Assembly: GCF_037042905.1 (NCBI RefSeq)
Contig: NC_087250.1
Location: forward strand, 14,200,001 to 14,264,000
Length of the DNA stretch: 64,000 nt
Source of the DNA: Lytechinus pictus
Lineage: Eukaryota
Direction of reading: 5' to 3'
Shown: piece after piece, positions 25,639-39,399 of the stretch
Layout of the letters: each line of letters begins with the position of its first letter
Position numbering within the stretch: the stretch's first letter is position 1
The notes under the pieces: generated by a model
What the model saw: the letters and a program-made list of their open reading frames with translations, nothing else
The model's database searches: none
Told to the model about the DNA's origin: nothing
Made by a program: the position numbers and the translations under genes

Positions 25639-26881
25639 CAGTGCGTCCCAGAAAAAAGGAAACCGGGATTCCCATGTCTTTTTTCTTAAAAAACAAAAAA
25701 AAATTATGATTATTGATTTACATAATCATATAGTTCAATCATTCTTCATTATTTTGATACACGTGACGAACACTTCACGCATTATGAGCAAAACGAGTTT
25801 GAAATTTTGATGTCAAAACCAGGGGCGGTATTCTGGAGGATGTCATAACTTTTGTCACAAACATTGTCACAAACTTCGTCTCTTTTCTTTAGCTCGCACC
25901 AAAAATACGCGGCTTTAAATGCGCGTAATCCTTTTTACAAGGAAAAGATATGACAAAGTTATGACAGGGAGGTAGCAGTCATAAATTTTGTCATATCTTT
26001 TAGTACCAAATATGCCTATACCCTGCCGACTGAATGTCAAGCATATAATGATACCATTTAGATTAGATTGTGGTATTAGTTTCACTCATCATCCATGACA
26101 ATTTTCAAAATTATTTGTTCAATTAGTGAGGCCCTACATATTAATTCCTCCTTTTTTTCTCTGTTTTCCTTCTTTTTCTACTTCTCTTCTAAACTCCTTC
26201 ACAGTTCCCTGTCTCTCTTTGTAATCAAGCGCATCAATATACACGTAGTTGCGCGATGCCAGTAACTGTATTGGGGATATGCCCTATGCCTGCCACGGGG
26301 CCTTCCTATTGGCTAGAAAGGCTCCCACTGGGAACTAACGATAATTTTGATTGGTTTGCTTTCGAAAAAATGGACGGGAACTTAAAGAGATATGACAGGG
26401 AGAATACAATGTTCAGAATACTGATTTGTGACAATTATAGCGGTGTCACATCTCGGAGAGAATTGACAAGATTTATGACAAAAGTTATGACAGTGTTCCT
26501 GAATACCACCCGGGTCGTGCAGAAATATTGGACATAATTGGTTCGTGCTACGACGAACGCGCTCACTAGTATTCGAAGATTGGCTCATTAGCATTTTATT
26601 GTATTGTCTTTTGTTATGATTCTCTCACTGATACCTGAAATGAAAAAGGATTCAGAGTCACACGTGAGTTTCTGCGCAAATCGTTCCTGATAGTCCTCAA
26701 TATTCTTTTTTTTTTTAAAATCTGTCATGCATGAAATATCATTTCCTAAGCTGTTGGTCTCAAATTGAAGATGAGATGAGATTCCACTCTTGCCACGAGT
26801 ATGAAATTTGGAGTAAAGACATATTCAATAATTGAGAAATCTATCTCTGAAAACGGGTTTCCTTTTTTGTGGGACGCACTG
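25639..26881. mobile_element. Tc1/mariner-like MITE (CAGTGCGTCCCA TIR) carrying a nested insertion
   Basis: CAGTGCGTCCCAGAAAAAAGGAAACC ... GGTTTCCTTTTTTGTGGGACGCACTG-TA, next to (TA)n tracts. Confidence 0.8.
25823..26511. mobile_element. Harbinger/PIF-like MITE nested in the Tc1-like MITE
   Basis: GGGCGGTATTC..TGTCATAACTTTTGTCA is inverted with TGACAAAAGTTATGACA..GAATACCACCC; TSD ambiguous. Confidence 0.55.
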
Positions 26882-27007
26882 TATATATTTAACAAAATGA
26901 ATGAAGAATAGCCGGAAAATATTCTAAAAGTGGACTTTTCTTTGACTAATTGACTATTCTTCGTTTATTTTTTTATTATTTCTATCCTTGACGGTGAACA
27001 TATTTCA

Positions 27008-27048
<41 letters not shown>

Positions 27049-27149
27049 TTGTATATATTTATATATATATATTTATTTATATATATATATATTACAAATA
27101 ATATTCTTGGTAGAAGTTTTTTCACCAGCAAAGATTTTTGTTCATTTAC

Positions 27150-27220
27150 CTTGAGTTTCTCCTCGAGTCCGAAGGAAGGAATGACGAATGAGTCAAACAC
27201 ATGGGAAAAAGGACCATGAC
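27150..27220 (-). CDS. SAMHD1: SAMHD1 coding exon 6, 71 nt
   Basis: actAG / aagGTAAAT; (G)HGPFSHVFDSFVIPSFGLEEKLK. Confidence 0.96.
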
Positions 27221-28151
27221 CTAGTGTTGAATAAGAATAACAATACTAATAATAGTGTATCATTAAAGGTACACATTCTATCTATTTACCTATTCAAAGA
27301 AGACAAATAAAAAGAATATAGCCTAAAATTGTCAGTGAGGTTTTAACTTGTAACCGACTCAAACAAGACTCGATAAGATTTATTCTCAGGAGCTGGAATT
27401 AAGTAAGCACAGTGCGATCAAAGAAGCACAAAAGTTAATATTTTGTTTCTGTAGTCCATCTGTATGGGATATTCTAACAATGTCGGAGAAGCTGAGACAC
27501 CGCAGAAAAGCAATACATTAAAAAAAAAATACGGAAATGTCGAGAGAGGATGAGAATGAAATCACTGATCTGAATGCCGCCACATAGAAACGGTATCTTC
27601 TTTTTAGAATATTGTTTATCTACTCCCGTTTAAGGAGATGTATTGAGCACACGCATTAATACAATAATTCTAGCTTGATAAGATTCTTCTAGTTTCTTTA
27701 CGATTTCTTTGAGGAGTTCCCACTTGAGACCTCATAATATTAAAGGTAAAATACATTTCACATAATTTCATAAATATGTAAAGCAAGATCAAAACAGGCA
27801 TAAACATATTTGATTTACAATTACAGCAGAATTACAATAATATTGTACAGGGGTGGGAGTAACCACATTGAAATAGCTGAAGGTTTTGTACCTACAGGCA
27901 AAGTACACTTATTTGCATAATTTATTAATTTTAAAAAATATGAAAGATGATTTTGGAAAAAAATTACAACTCAGATTTGTAGTCCACATCCGGCTTTACA
28001 CGCGTGGCACTTTTCACGGCGATCATTGTCGAAATATCAAGGGGGTCATTTGACACACCTCCCCCAGTAAAAGCCTGGTCTCATATAGCCCAGTTGAAAT
28101 AGGGTGAGAGGGTTGACTAACCCAACAAAATTTTTTAGAAATTATTATCAC

Positions 28152-28267
28152 CAAGATCATGGCAAAGCCCAGCAATCTGCACACAGAGGATATCCTTGTT
28201 GGTGATGTTTAGCTCTGGCTGCTTGCGTTGAAGAGAAAGGACAAGCTCTCCGGCAAGGTAGCAGACC
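28152..28267 (-). CDS. SAMHD1: SAMHD1 coding exon 5 (HD motif), 116 nt
   Basis: ctgactaacAG / [44 protein letters not shown](G), containing the catalytic HD. Confidence 0.96.
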
Positions 28268-28927
28268 CTGTTAGTCAGAAAAATGATGATATTTGTTTTG
28301 TTTACCTGTTGCTCTACGACAGTCGTAATCTAAAAACATGGAGTAAACCATTAAGACAGAGCTTTCTTCGAAGAATGGATAAATACTCAAGATTAGGAAA
28401 TGAAATAGCCTCACCGTAAGACATTCCTGGAGTAAACCATTTTTTGGGATACATAATCCAACCTTGTATACAGTTGCAATAAAGATTGAATTGAATTGAT
28501 TTATTTTAATCAAGGGTACATATTTCGTATTAAAGGGTCTGCAATTATGGTAACTTTGCCATTGGTGTATAACTACCATAGAAACCATGATTTGATTGGC
28601 TGTTGGTAATTGTAGTTACCATAAATAGTGACAAAGTTACCACAGTTGTATTTTTTACGAAATGGGCATAAGTCTATAAAATTTGGTCAATCAAACCGTA
28701 CTACCAGGAGTGAGAAAACTATGGATAAAAAATGAAAAACAAAATACAAGCCTGCAAGCGGTTAATTCATTGTTTGAATATTTGTGTGAATGAAGAGGAA
28801 AGGTTACTAATCCAATATCTTGCCACTATTCATATTCACTAAAGGCGCCATGTAAAGTTCCAAGCAATAACTCGTATGTAATCAATAGCACTTCAAGGCA
28901 ACCATAGTCTATACACTTGCTACTTAC

Positions 28928-29088
28928 CCTAGTGAGTGTTCAAATCTATTGTGTGCTGCTCCTGGGAAGACAAAGTAGCAACAGCCAAGTTGCTTGATGA
29001 AGCGTAGTCTCTGAAACTGTGGGGTATCTATGATTTTGACCAGCAGAGGGCAAAAGTCAATGTGGCCATGAACTGAGTCGTTGAAAAC
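28928..29088 (-). CDS. SAMHD1: SAMHD1 coding exon 4 (allosteric-site region, start of HD domain), 161 nt
   Basis: ctctcAG / [59 protein letters not shown](G), the hallmark SAMHD1 sequence. Confidence 0.97.
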
Positions 29089-30491
29089 CTGAGAGGAAGT
29101 CAAGACACAGAAAACACAATAAAAATTATGTCATTGTATATTACATTGTATCTGGGTATATTACATGTACTTTATCATCAAGAATAGGCTCACAAGCTCG
29201 GGTGCATCAGTGATTTTGGTTTCAGATACTGTGGGCCAATGGACTGTTCCAAGGTCTTTGAATTACAAGGTACCAGGGCAGGGGCGGAAATCTCTCCCAA
29301 AAGGTATGGGGGGACGCAGGTACGGATCCAGCCTTCGCCAATAGGGGGATGGGGCGGAAATTTGTTTCAGCCATATTTTCCCCCGATCACCTCTTAGCTC
29401 TATTCTTATAAATTAATTTACAATATCATAATCCTTATTTATATGATGTGAGCGCGAAGCACGAGCTAATTTTTTTGTTGTTGAAATTTTATGTATATTT
29501 TCCTAAAATTTGAACATTCTGGGCAATGTTTGTTATCCTGAAAAAGATGTGTATGCAACTTAATAATTACTACAAACGCAAAGCGCGAGCAGAAATGAAC
29601 TGATGGAAAATATACCAGTTAAAGACTGCTTGCATTTAATAATCTGATAATGCGAGCACGAAGCTCGAGCTGAATTTTTTTTTACATTTTCACCTAAAGA
29701 ATGGAAATTCTAAGCACTTTTTGTAACTCAAGCGGAATAGTGATATAAGTAGACAATTGATGCGAGCGGAAAATTTCGAGATTTAGTCCTATAATATTTA
29801 CTTAACGAGACACTCTATTCATGTTTTGTAAATCATGAAAAGGATTAGTATTAATAATGCGAGCGCAAAGCGCGAGCAGAAAATTTTTATATACGTTTTG
29901 AACTGGTACCTGTTGAAAAGGTACCTGTTAAGGACTGCTTGCACTTAGCCATGAAGGCATTACATAATTCAACAATCAAAAAATGCGAGCGCGAAGCGCG
30001 AGCTGAACATTTTTGAAATTTCTAAAGAAAAAATAGAAAATTTTAATCAATTTTTGTAGTCGTGAACAGGATAGCTATATCATCTATAAATTGATGCGAG
30101 CGCGAAGTGCGAGCAAAAAAAAATCGAGATTTAGACCTAAAAATGGGCCACTCTGTTCATGTTTTGTAAATCATGAAAAGGATGAGTAATAGGGGGTCTT
30201 CCTACATTAATAATGCGAGCACGAAGCGCGAGCAGAAAATTTCTTATATTGTGATCTGAAACATGCGCGCGTGTTTCTTATTTAGACCTATAATCTAGGC
30301 ATTCTAAATACATCTTTAATCATGAAAATCATGAAACGTTGATATTCCGATCTGAAAAAAGAGTCAATTTCAGCTTTATTTCAAGCACTTTGTTGGAAAA
30401 TTGTAAGGTGGATATGGATTGCACTTTAAAAAAGCTGATATTTTCATTATTATTACTAAGAGTTTTGACATAGGACCGGGACATCCTTACG

Positions 30492-32543
30492 CAGGGCCGT
30501 AGCTAGAGGGGGGGGGGGGGTATGGGGGGTGTGACACCCCCCCCCCCAACATTCATGGCAGTCGGCAAAATCATGTACCAGTTGGCAAAATGGAGGATAG
30601 GGGAGAAAAAGAAAGAGGGAAAGAAAGGAAGAGAAAAAAGACAGGAGAGAGGGGGAGAGAAAGAAAGAAAGAAAGAAAGAAAAAAAGGAAAGAAAAATAG
30701 GGGTACTAACTTCGAAGAAGGTTACGACATATAGAATAAAGACAACCAGTTGGCAAATCCAAGTCCATGTAGCCAGGCTTAGAGCCCTACTATAGTCAGC
30801 AAAATACAAAGGACAAAACAGATGGAGCTATAATAACACACAAAGTAAGCCCCCGGTCCTCCCCCAATATAAACAAGCTTGTGAGTTTGCAAATTATACC
30901 ACAATTATTGACGATTTAACAAACACATTAGTTTTTTAAAATTAGAGGCAAGACTATAGGTAAAGAAATATGGGGGGATGAATTTCCAAGGTTTAAGGTG
31001 AATAATCAAAGCCAAAGTATAGTTGGCAACTTATAAAGTGGGCCTCATAATGAAGTGGCAGAACACGAACCTGTCACAAACACGGTGGACAGCAAGGGCA
31101 GAATCAATCAGAGCAGTATGGTCGTCATATGAAGCCATTCTAAAAGCTTTGGAAGAAATCACAACTTCTGCAACCCCTACCGACAGGCAGTTGGGTGCGC
31201 AAGCTTCAGGTATACTAAAGAAGATGAAGACTTTAGATTTCATCATATCGCTGATGTTTATGAAGAACGTGATGATGAAAACAAGCAATCTCGCTGAATC
31301 ACTCCAGAAGGAAGATTTAAATATCATAGATGCTCTGGAGCTAACAGAATCAGCTTTCACGTCACTTGAGCGCTTGAATGGTGACACCAATGCCATGGAT
31401 GCTCAAATTCAGGCTGCATGCACCTATGCCAGGAAATTGGACATTGATCCAGAGCAGGACTACCAGAGGCACCATCGCGTTAGACGCCCACCAGCAAGGC
31501 TTGATGACGCTCCTCACACTGCAGCAGCATTATCACTCCATGCATTCTACAGGAAAGAGTTCAAGAGCGTATTGGATACACTGATACTGCAATTCAGGAG
31601 AAAATGCAGCCAACACTTGACAAAGTGAAGCAAATGTCACGTTTGCTCTTGCCTCCAACGCCAGCATGCAACTCCAACTATGGCAGATGTTGTTGACTTT
31701 TGTAAACTCTTTCCAAAAAGAAGTGGATCACGAGGCATTGAAAGTGGAACTAGAATGCTTCCATGACATGGCAGTGGCAAGAGATCTGCAAAGTGTTGCT
31801 GACGCAGTCACTATGGCATTTGACAAGAAGTCTATTCTTCCTCTCACTTGGAATGCTTACAAGCTTCTCATGACAGCACCAATAAGTGTTGCAAAGGATG
31901 AACGCGCCTTCAGCCATATAAAGTTTAATAAGAACTTTTATAGATCAACCATGGGAGACCGGCGACTGGACAACCTGCTACTCCTGAACTGTGAAAAGGA
32001 CCTTATAGATACTGCCGACTTAAATCGCTTGCTAACAACTTGGTCATCAAAACCAAGACGTTAAATATGATATAGAATAACATACAAGATAAAGGTAACT
32101 TCAATAATTTCTGTAACATTTTTAATGGCTGAAAGAGATACATGTTAGCAGTAGCACTCTTGAAATTTTAGTTGAGACATCTTGCACAGAAGGTCAATTA
32201 AAAATTAACAAATCTTTGATGTTGATATTATTAATGCATAGGGTATATCATTATACTGCAAGTTAGCAACTACGGCACACTAGCCTTAAGTTTATATTTT
32301 GATCCAAAATGTTTATTTTTACAGTGCAAAAATCTTTGTATATCTTTGTATAATTCACCAAATGCCACTAATTCAATTCTAAAAATTCAAAATCTTTTAG
32401 CATGTGATTAATGTAGGGGGGTGGGGGCACATCCCCCATCAGACTCCCCCTGTGCTCACGTTGGCGCTGCACGCCAAATTTAGTTGGCAAATTTAGCTGG
32501 TACGCCCCCCCCCCCCAACAAAATGCTTCTGGCTACGGCCCTG
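30492..32543 (+). mobile_element. Internally deleted hAT transposon (2052 bp)
   Basis: TIR CAGGGCCGTAGC; perfect 8-bp TSD TCCTTACG (30484-30491 and 32544-32551); sub-terminal GTTGGCAA repeats; transposase remnant inside. Confidence 0.93.
31066..32064 (+). pseudogene. C-terminal half of a hAT transposase (ZMYM1/PRKRIR-like group), frameshifted
   Basis: LSQTRWTAR (hAT TRW motif) and the dimerisation-domain motif LLMTAPISVAKDERAFSHIKFNKNFYRSTMGDRRLDNLLLL lie in two frames; N-terminus missing. Confidence 0.9.
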
Positions 32544-33784
32544 TCCTTACGACATGTCATCATATGAAAATGATGACTATCTTCCTCAGCGCGAGATGAA
32601 ACAAAAGGGACAATTTAAGTATTAAATTAATATCATATTTATTAATGCCTAATGAGGGCGCGAAATCTGATGATATTATGGCATAAAAACTGAACATTTC
32701 ACTTTTGTAATTATGAATAGGATGCATCAGTTAATATATTGTTAATGCGAGCGCAAATCGCGAGCTAAATTTTTTGATAAACTGTCATGAAAAGGGGATT
32801 TTAAGTAGTTTGTTGTATAATCAATATTGAAAGATACATAACTCGCCAATCAAAATACCAGTATGAAGCGCTAGCTGATAGATACGTCTTGACAATCAGA
32901 CCTGAAAAGGGATATTTGGAAAAATGTATGGAATACACGAAAATAATAGGTACCTGATAAATCAAAATTTGCGAGAGCGCAGCGCAAGCAGCAAATGTTA
33001 ATATTCAGACCATAAAACTGACATTTTTACAGAGAACTTTTTAAAAATCAATTTGTAAATCATACAAAATAATGAAAGTTCGATTTCCGAAAATATAGGA
33101 GGGGGGGTCCGGGCCCCTGGATCCGCCTATAGGGATAAGGGGCTGGAAAATTTGACAAGCAAAAATAAAGGTTATCATCCCAAAAGTAAGGTCATCTCGT
33201 CCCAACTCGTCCCAAAATAATGTTTTATTTTGATTTAGAATGAAGTATTTCTTGCCATCATAAAAGACCAAAAATAGTAGGGGGACATTTGATATTGTGT
33301 CCCCCCTACTATTTTGAGTAGGGGGGACACGTCCCCCCCCCTGTCCCCCCTGGGATTTCCGCCCATGCAAGGTACTGGGTTCAGACCCTATAAGGTAAAA
33401 ATGGGGTCATGCTACAAGATGATATTAAGAATGCATTCATCTTACTAAGTCAAACATGACTGAATCCGATGACCTGGGAAATTATATTCTAGTAACTTGC
33501 TCAGACACATTGTTGGCATCTTGAACTTTAAATTCCAGGTGTTGTTACAATTACAAAATAGATTTAAAGGACGATTCCACCCCAAAAATTTGAATAAGAA
33601 GAGAAAAATCAAACAAGTTTAACACTGAAAATTTCATCGAACCCACTCACTGTTTCTTTTGTATCTTATCATATGACATATGAAATAATCAAATCTCCTC
33701 TTCATTGTCATGTGGAGAAAGTTTTAATCTTCCCTGAAAACGTGTAATTACCATAGCTTGAACATTCAAGGCTCAGTCAATATA

Positions 33785-34583
33785 CAGTGCGTCCCATAAA
33801 AAACGAAACCGAGTTTAAGCGATGATTTATCATAACTTAATCACAAATACAATAGACAAATGACCTACCAATGTAATGCTTAGAATCTCTTCTTTCATCT
33901 GATATTACTTAGATTATTCTTCATTCACGCATGAGTGGGCAAAAATAATTTGAAGAAAGGATACTAAAAACTCATTTGGCGGGGGGTATCTGAATTTCAA
34001 AAAGAAATTCACATGCCTAAAAAGTTCAATATCTGCTCTTTTATTTGATACCTTAATCACAAAAAAATGGTCAATAAGTAAAAAAGTTATGTTCCCTCGA
34101 AACAATGCTTGTATTTCTATAATTTCATTAAATAAACGTGTTTTACCGGTTACCCACAGAAGCTATCGCATGGTTAACAAAATAATTCATGCATGGAGTG
34201 TCAAGTGAGTTTGAACGCTAGCCTGTAGAACCTCTTAATTTTGTGAAATTATTGAAATTTAAGCCTTATTCAAATAACCAGAACTTTTTTTTTCTAGACC
34301 ATTTCCTGTAATTAAGGTATCAAATTAAAAAGCAGACATTGGACTTTTTTTAAATGTGGTGTTCTTTTTGAAACCCAGATACAGCCCGCCAAATGACTTT
34401 TTGGTATCCCCTCTTCAAATTGTTTTTGCTTTCTCATGCGTGAATGAGAAATAATCTAAGTAATTTCAGATGAAAGTGGAGATTCTAAGCTTTACAATAG
34501 TAGGTCATTTGTCTATTGTATTTGTGATTAAGTTATGATAAATCATCGATAAATCTCGGTTTCGTTTTTTGTGGGACGCAGAG
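33785..34583. mobile_element. Palindromic Tc1/mariner-like MITE with TA TSD
   Basis: TA-CAGTGCGTCCCATAAAAAACGAAACCGAG ... CTCGGTTTCGTTTTTTGTGGGACGCAGAG-TA; arms complementary over roughly 280 bp. Confidence 0.85.
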
Positions 34584-34626
34584 TATTGTCAAATCTGGAA
34601 AATTGAAATATGTTATCATTCAAAAA

Positions 34627-37600
34627 ATAAAGTGGAGCGCCTCTGGAAGTCTCGCCTGCATTACGCAATTCAATATAGCAGCAGCGCTGACTTTGAAAAT
34701 GACTATATAATAATTATTTACAAAGAACACCATTCACATGATATTAAATGCTATGTTCTTTGACCCTAAATGACATTTGACCTTGATGATGAGAACTAAG
34801 ACTTGTGCAAGATGATCAGTGACACTTGCTTTCCCCTATGGCCACAAAGTAATGATGGCGACAAGTACCCCCAATATGGCTGAATTGCATGTGAATTAAT
34901 GCAGGATGTTCACTGATACTTGATTAAATGTCCTAGTTCCATGAACTAGATCCACATCCTTTCAAAGTTTTTACATTAAAGAAAATAACCTGAGTAACGA
35001 TTTTGCTTTGATTCACCAACATAATCATTGACTCTACATGACCTTTGACCTTGGTCATGCGACGTTAAACACGCACGGGATGTTCAGTGATACTTGATTA
35101 CTCTTATGTCCCAGTTTCATGAACTAGATCCATAATCTTTCAAAGGTATGATGACAATTCATGAAATATCCCTAACACGGCCAGAGTTAACTAACCCTAA
35201 TGACCTTTGACCTGTTGGTCATGTGACCATATCGAAAAGTGTACCGGACGCGTATTTTTTATTTACACCACTGCTCCGCCAAAATATTGAAAAACGCCAT
35301 AGAAACGGCTCGCGCCAGAGTCTAACACGTTGGCCACACGTTCGTATCTCCTTGATTTAACCGTAGTCGGTCCATGATTTAACTTACTTATTCAAAACAA
35401 ACCTTATTTCAATATATGAATAAGATATGCAGCTTTTAAAAAGCGTTGAGTTTGTTGGGACCTAATCCGCTTGCATTACATATTAATTCCTACATGTGTA
35501 GGAATCGTATGATCATTTTGTTCGCAGTTATGGCACCTCCAGATATTCATGCAGATGCATTGAACAATGAACTAGGGTTCTTATAGCTGCAGACTCGACT
35601 ATCTATTCTCTTCGTTTAAAATTTTACCCTCATCTCTTCAGCACTCATCCTCTCTCTCTCGCTCTCTCCAGCATTCTCCTTTACTTTATTTGGGCGACGA
35701 ACTTGATTCGAGTTCTGAAAAAAAATCATGTGATTGGTAAAATAAAGAATTTTGCAGTATAAATACATTTGTAAACAAAACAAATGGTTAGTGGTGCATC
35801 CATGACTTCATAAAATTGGCAATTTGTCTTGTGATTTCCCCAGGTTTTCATGATTAAAATTTCATAACTTTCTTTTAGTTGTCCAATTTTCCTCAAACGT
35901 TTTTATCATTCCTTCTCACTCCCAACCCCTTTCCCCTCTTTTTTCATCTTTCTCAGTCATTTATCACAGCTACTACTGAACTTTGTCCAACAAGTGCACT
36001 ATACCAAGCTTAGTTGTGCATAACAAGGACCCTCACACATTCTTTCAGCACTTAATTGGCTCAACATCACTAAACAATATCTTGTACATATTCATTTTCA
36101 ATACAAAATCACATATCAGCTCTGTTACAAACTCAAATGGTTTTTGGAACCCTTTTTCGTAATATCAACAATAACCTTTAGAAAATAATGTGGTAACAGG
36201 ATGATTGGTTTTGGATATAAATTCAACTTGCAAAGGAGAATTTAACCCAAATCTAACGCGAGAACGATCCGAGAGCTTTGCTTGAGCGCACAGATTAGAC
36301 TTGCCCGCGAGCCGTTTCTTTCGAATTTCTAGGAATTTTGGCGGAGCAGTGGTGTAAATAAAATATACGCCGGTACGCGTACCGGACATCTAAAAACATA
36401 GCAGACGACGTTTGCAGACCTCGCGATCATCGTATGACTAGTGGTGCAGAATGTTCCATTGCGGCTTTATGGGGGAAATAGCATTACAGAGGGATAAAAT
36501 GTATACACAAATAATGTTTCAGCGTTGATTTGCAATATTTTGTGTCAATTTCATAAACTATCGTTGTTTGAACATTTAAAACATCATTATAAAGTGAAAG
36601 GAATAAGCAAAAGTTAATTTTCAGACTTACATATGCAGTGGTAAGCTAGGATGCACCCTCGTATACATAATTGACCCGTCACAATATTCAGAGACATATC
36701 CAACTTTCAGAGAACAAAATTGATTTTTGTTGGCAAAAATAATGGTATCTGAAATATTTATATCTATATAGTTCGGACTGACAATGTATATATATTTATA
36801 TATTCCTAATAAAATGTTCAGCACTGCAATGGAAAGAGCAGAAAACCGCTGTGACTCGAACAACAGACCGACGTACATAAAAGCTCTGTCCAGCCCTACA
36901 TGTTGAATACACGTCGAGTGTAGGTTTGCTCTTCGGACATCACAATCACATAGAAAATCTCCTCTGATTTGATGATAAAAGTGCCCTATTTCCTTATTAA
37001 CCAATCTCCATGGTTCTTTCATGAGTATTTGCCTTACAATGTGCCCTTTATTGTAATCTGGGCGGAAATTCATGATACCATCACCCACCGATGTGACGAC
37101 GGATATAATCCACCCGGGTACTATAAAAATGTCCCCCAAACCCATTATCCCAATACATATTCCTGACTATGGATGGTTTTTAGTGATTTTAATGTAATAA
37201 AGTGCCATATTTCCCACCAATTGAATGTAAAAAAAATATGGTCATCTGATAGAAGAAGTTGTTACCATTCATCTCAGGGGGGCGGAAATTCTATCTGAAT
37301 CAACGCTTGTCCTTGATACACATTTGTTTGTTGAAAAAGGGTATGATGCAAGGGAATTATGCGTGTTATAAGGGTGCGCGCGTGCAGCGAGGACCTTCTG
37401 TCCGCTAGTTTTCCATATGTGAGACTCAGGAAGGATGTTGAGTAATACCCGGGGAGTGTTTCATCAACATTTTCATCCGACAAGTTGTCAGATCTGACAT
37501 CTTTCTCTGATGTTGATTGGTTGAGAGGTACTGTTACTATGGTAACTGTCGGATAAAATGGGACTTGTCGGATAAAACGTCCGACAAGTCCTTTCATGAA

Positions 37601-37763
37601 ACGCTCCCCTGATTACCCTTATGTCCAAGTTTCATGAAATAGGGTCATATACTTTCTAAGTTATGATGACATTTTTTTTAAACCTGACCTTCGGTTAAGA
37701 TTTCAATGTTGACGTCGGAAAAGCGGCGCCTATAGTCTCGCTCTGCTATATGCAAGTGAGAAA
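34627..37763. mobile_element. Third family-2 HINE copy, interrupted at ~35229-37611
   Basis: Family-2 left end AAGTGGAGCGCCTCTGGAAGTCTCGCCTGC, repeat units, and terminal hairpin at ~37735-37760. Confidence 0.75.
35243..36378. mobile_element. MITE with ~90-bp inverted arms
   Basis: GTACCGG..TATTTACACCACTGCTCCGCCAAAA is inverted with TTTTGGCGGAGCAGTGGTGTAAATA..CCGGTAC. Confidence 0.7.
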
Positions 37764-39399
37764 GACACACAAAATGAATAGTAAGTGATGAGGGATAACA
37801 CCGACCTTCTCATTTGCATATCATCAAGTTGTGCATATAACTGTTTTGTGAAAAAAAATAAGCGAAACTTTAAAAGGTCAAAACTTTTTTTGTTTTACAT
37901 CCGATTTTGATGTAATTTTCAGCATTATGCTTGTTTGATTTTTCTCTATTGATTCAAATCAACATTTTCCTGGGGTGGACTTGACCTTGAAGATAAAATA
38001 AACTGAAATAAATTTACTCACTCTGTAAATCATTTTGTTTGTATTTCTATGTGGAGGTGCACATGTATTCCTTTCGTTCCATTTGTGTTTTTTTTCTTCA
38101 GATTCTGATAGCTATATTTGTAGTCATTACGTTTATTTTGAAAAAAAGGCGCTTAAACGTTAGTAAACAGGCGCCTATGTTTAACCGGCGGGGTTAAATA
38201 AAAACCTTCACCAAATGTGTAAAACATTTCGTATTTTGCATTTCTTACTCCATGAAACCGGGGGGGGGGGGGCACTCATGTATATTGGTGGTACGGGCCT
38301 TTTACAGACCTAATTTTCAGTTTTCTAGATACTCCGAATGACAAAGTTCCATTCATAATAGTCCAGGATAGAAGAGGCATAACCTTGTTTTTTCATATAT
38401 ACAATATTTTTTATGGTTTATTGTCAATTCGAGGGTGCTGATTACGAATCTGAATGATGCCACTCGTGTAACCTTGAGCATTTTCCGCAAATTAGCAAAA
38501 TCCAATATGGCCGCCAAAATATGCAAATTACCCATGAAAATCATAAAATTGCCCGCACATTGGCTATAAAATGCATGGAATTGTGTTGTACTGTTTTGGC
38601 CAGTGGCGGCTATTTTAGATATCAAAATACACCAATTTTCTCATACATGACATAATAAATGATATATCTCGTTAGTAATGGTGATTTGCATACGGTACTT
38701 TGTTCATATATCACGATTTCTTGCACTTTAGTGCTCATTTTTGTGAAAATATCCAGAAAATAAATATTTTGTCAAAAACTATTTTTTCAGAGAGTGTTTC
38801 ACTCCTACCACACAATTCCATGCATTTTATAGCCAGTGCGTATACCTAGCAGTACAGTTCCGGGATCCCGCTTCGTAGACCTGTTTTTCACAACGCCCGG
38901 TATATTTTTAGTTCCCAAGGCCCCGTATTTTACCCTAGGCTTGTAGTCAGTTCCTTTATAGACCCCCATTTCGGGGTTTCGTTAGGCACACCGGCCCCCA
39001 TCAAAATATATCAAATTTTCAGTTTAAGTCACTGCTACAAATGATGAGCGTCATTTAGCAAATACATAGGTCAAAGTCATACAATTTGTGCATAAAGGTA
39101 TTATACCTTTAAAACCAGTTGGATATTCAATTGGAAGTCAGTATATTGAATGATGTTAATTTTATCTATGGGGCCAAGCGTCAGAGTTGATCTTACCCCC
39201 CCCCCCCCCCCTGGCCATTGCAAAACACCAAAGGTGTGAGAAAATGATGATATTATTAACAATGATAGAATTATGATATCAACAATAAAACAAACTAAAA
39301 TAAACAGATTAATGAAATAATTATATTGGCTTATATACCGCTTAAGACTTGGGCCTATATTATGGGGAGTCTAAGTGATATGTAGTAAGGTAGCTAAAT

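Larger units (their letters stand above)
29274..33367. mobile_element. Non-autonomous hAT-like composite element with 8-bp TSD and recurring GCGAGCGCGAAGCGCGAGC motifs
   Basis: TSD CAAGGTAC at 29266-29273 and 33368-33375; termini CA..GGGCGGAAATC / GATTTCCGCCCATG. Confidence 0.85.
33568..37987. mobile_element. Family-A TTAA MITE inflated to 4.4 kb by nested insertions
   Basis: TTAA-AGGACGATTCCACCCC left end; family-A segments at 33568-33784, 34584-34626 and 37765-37987, ending GGGGTGGACTTGACCT. Confidence 0.75.

Noticed and set aside
36627..37166. 172-aa minus-strand ORF and overlapping plus-strand ORF
   Set aside because: No recognisable domain, and it lies inside nested repeat insertions.
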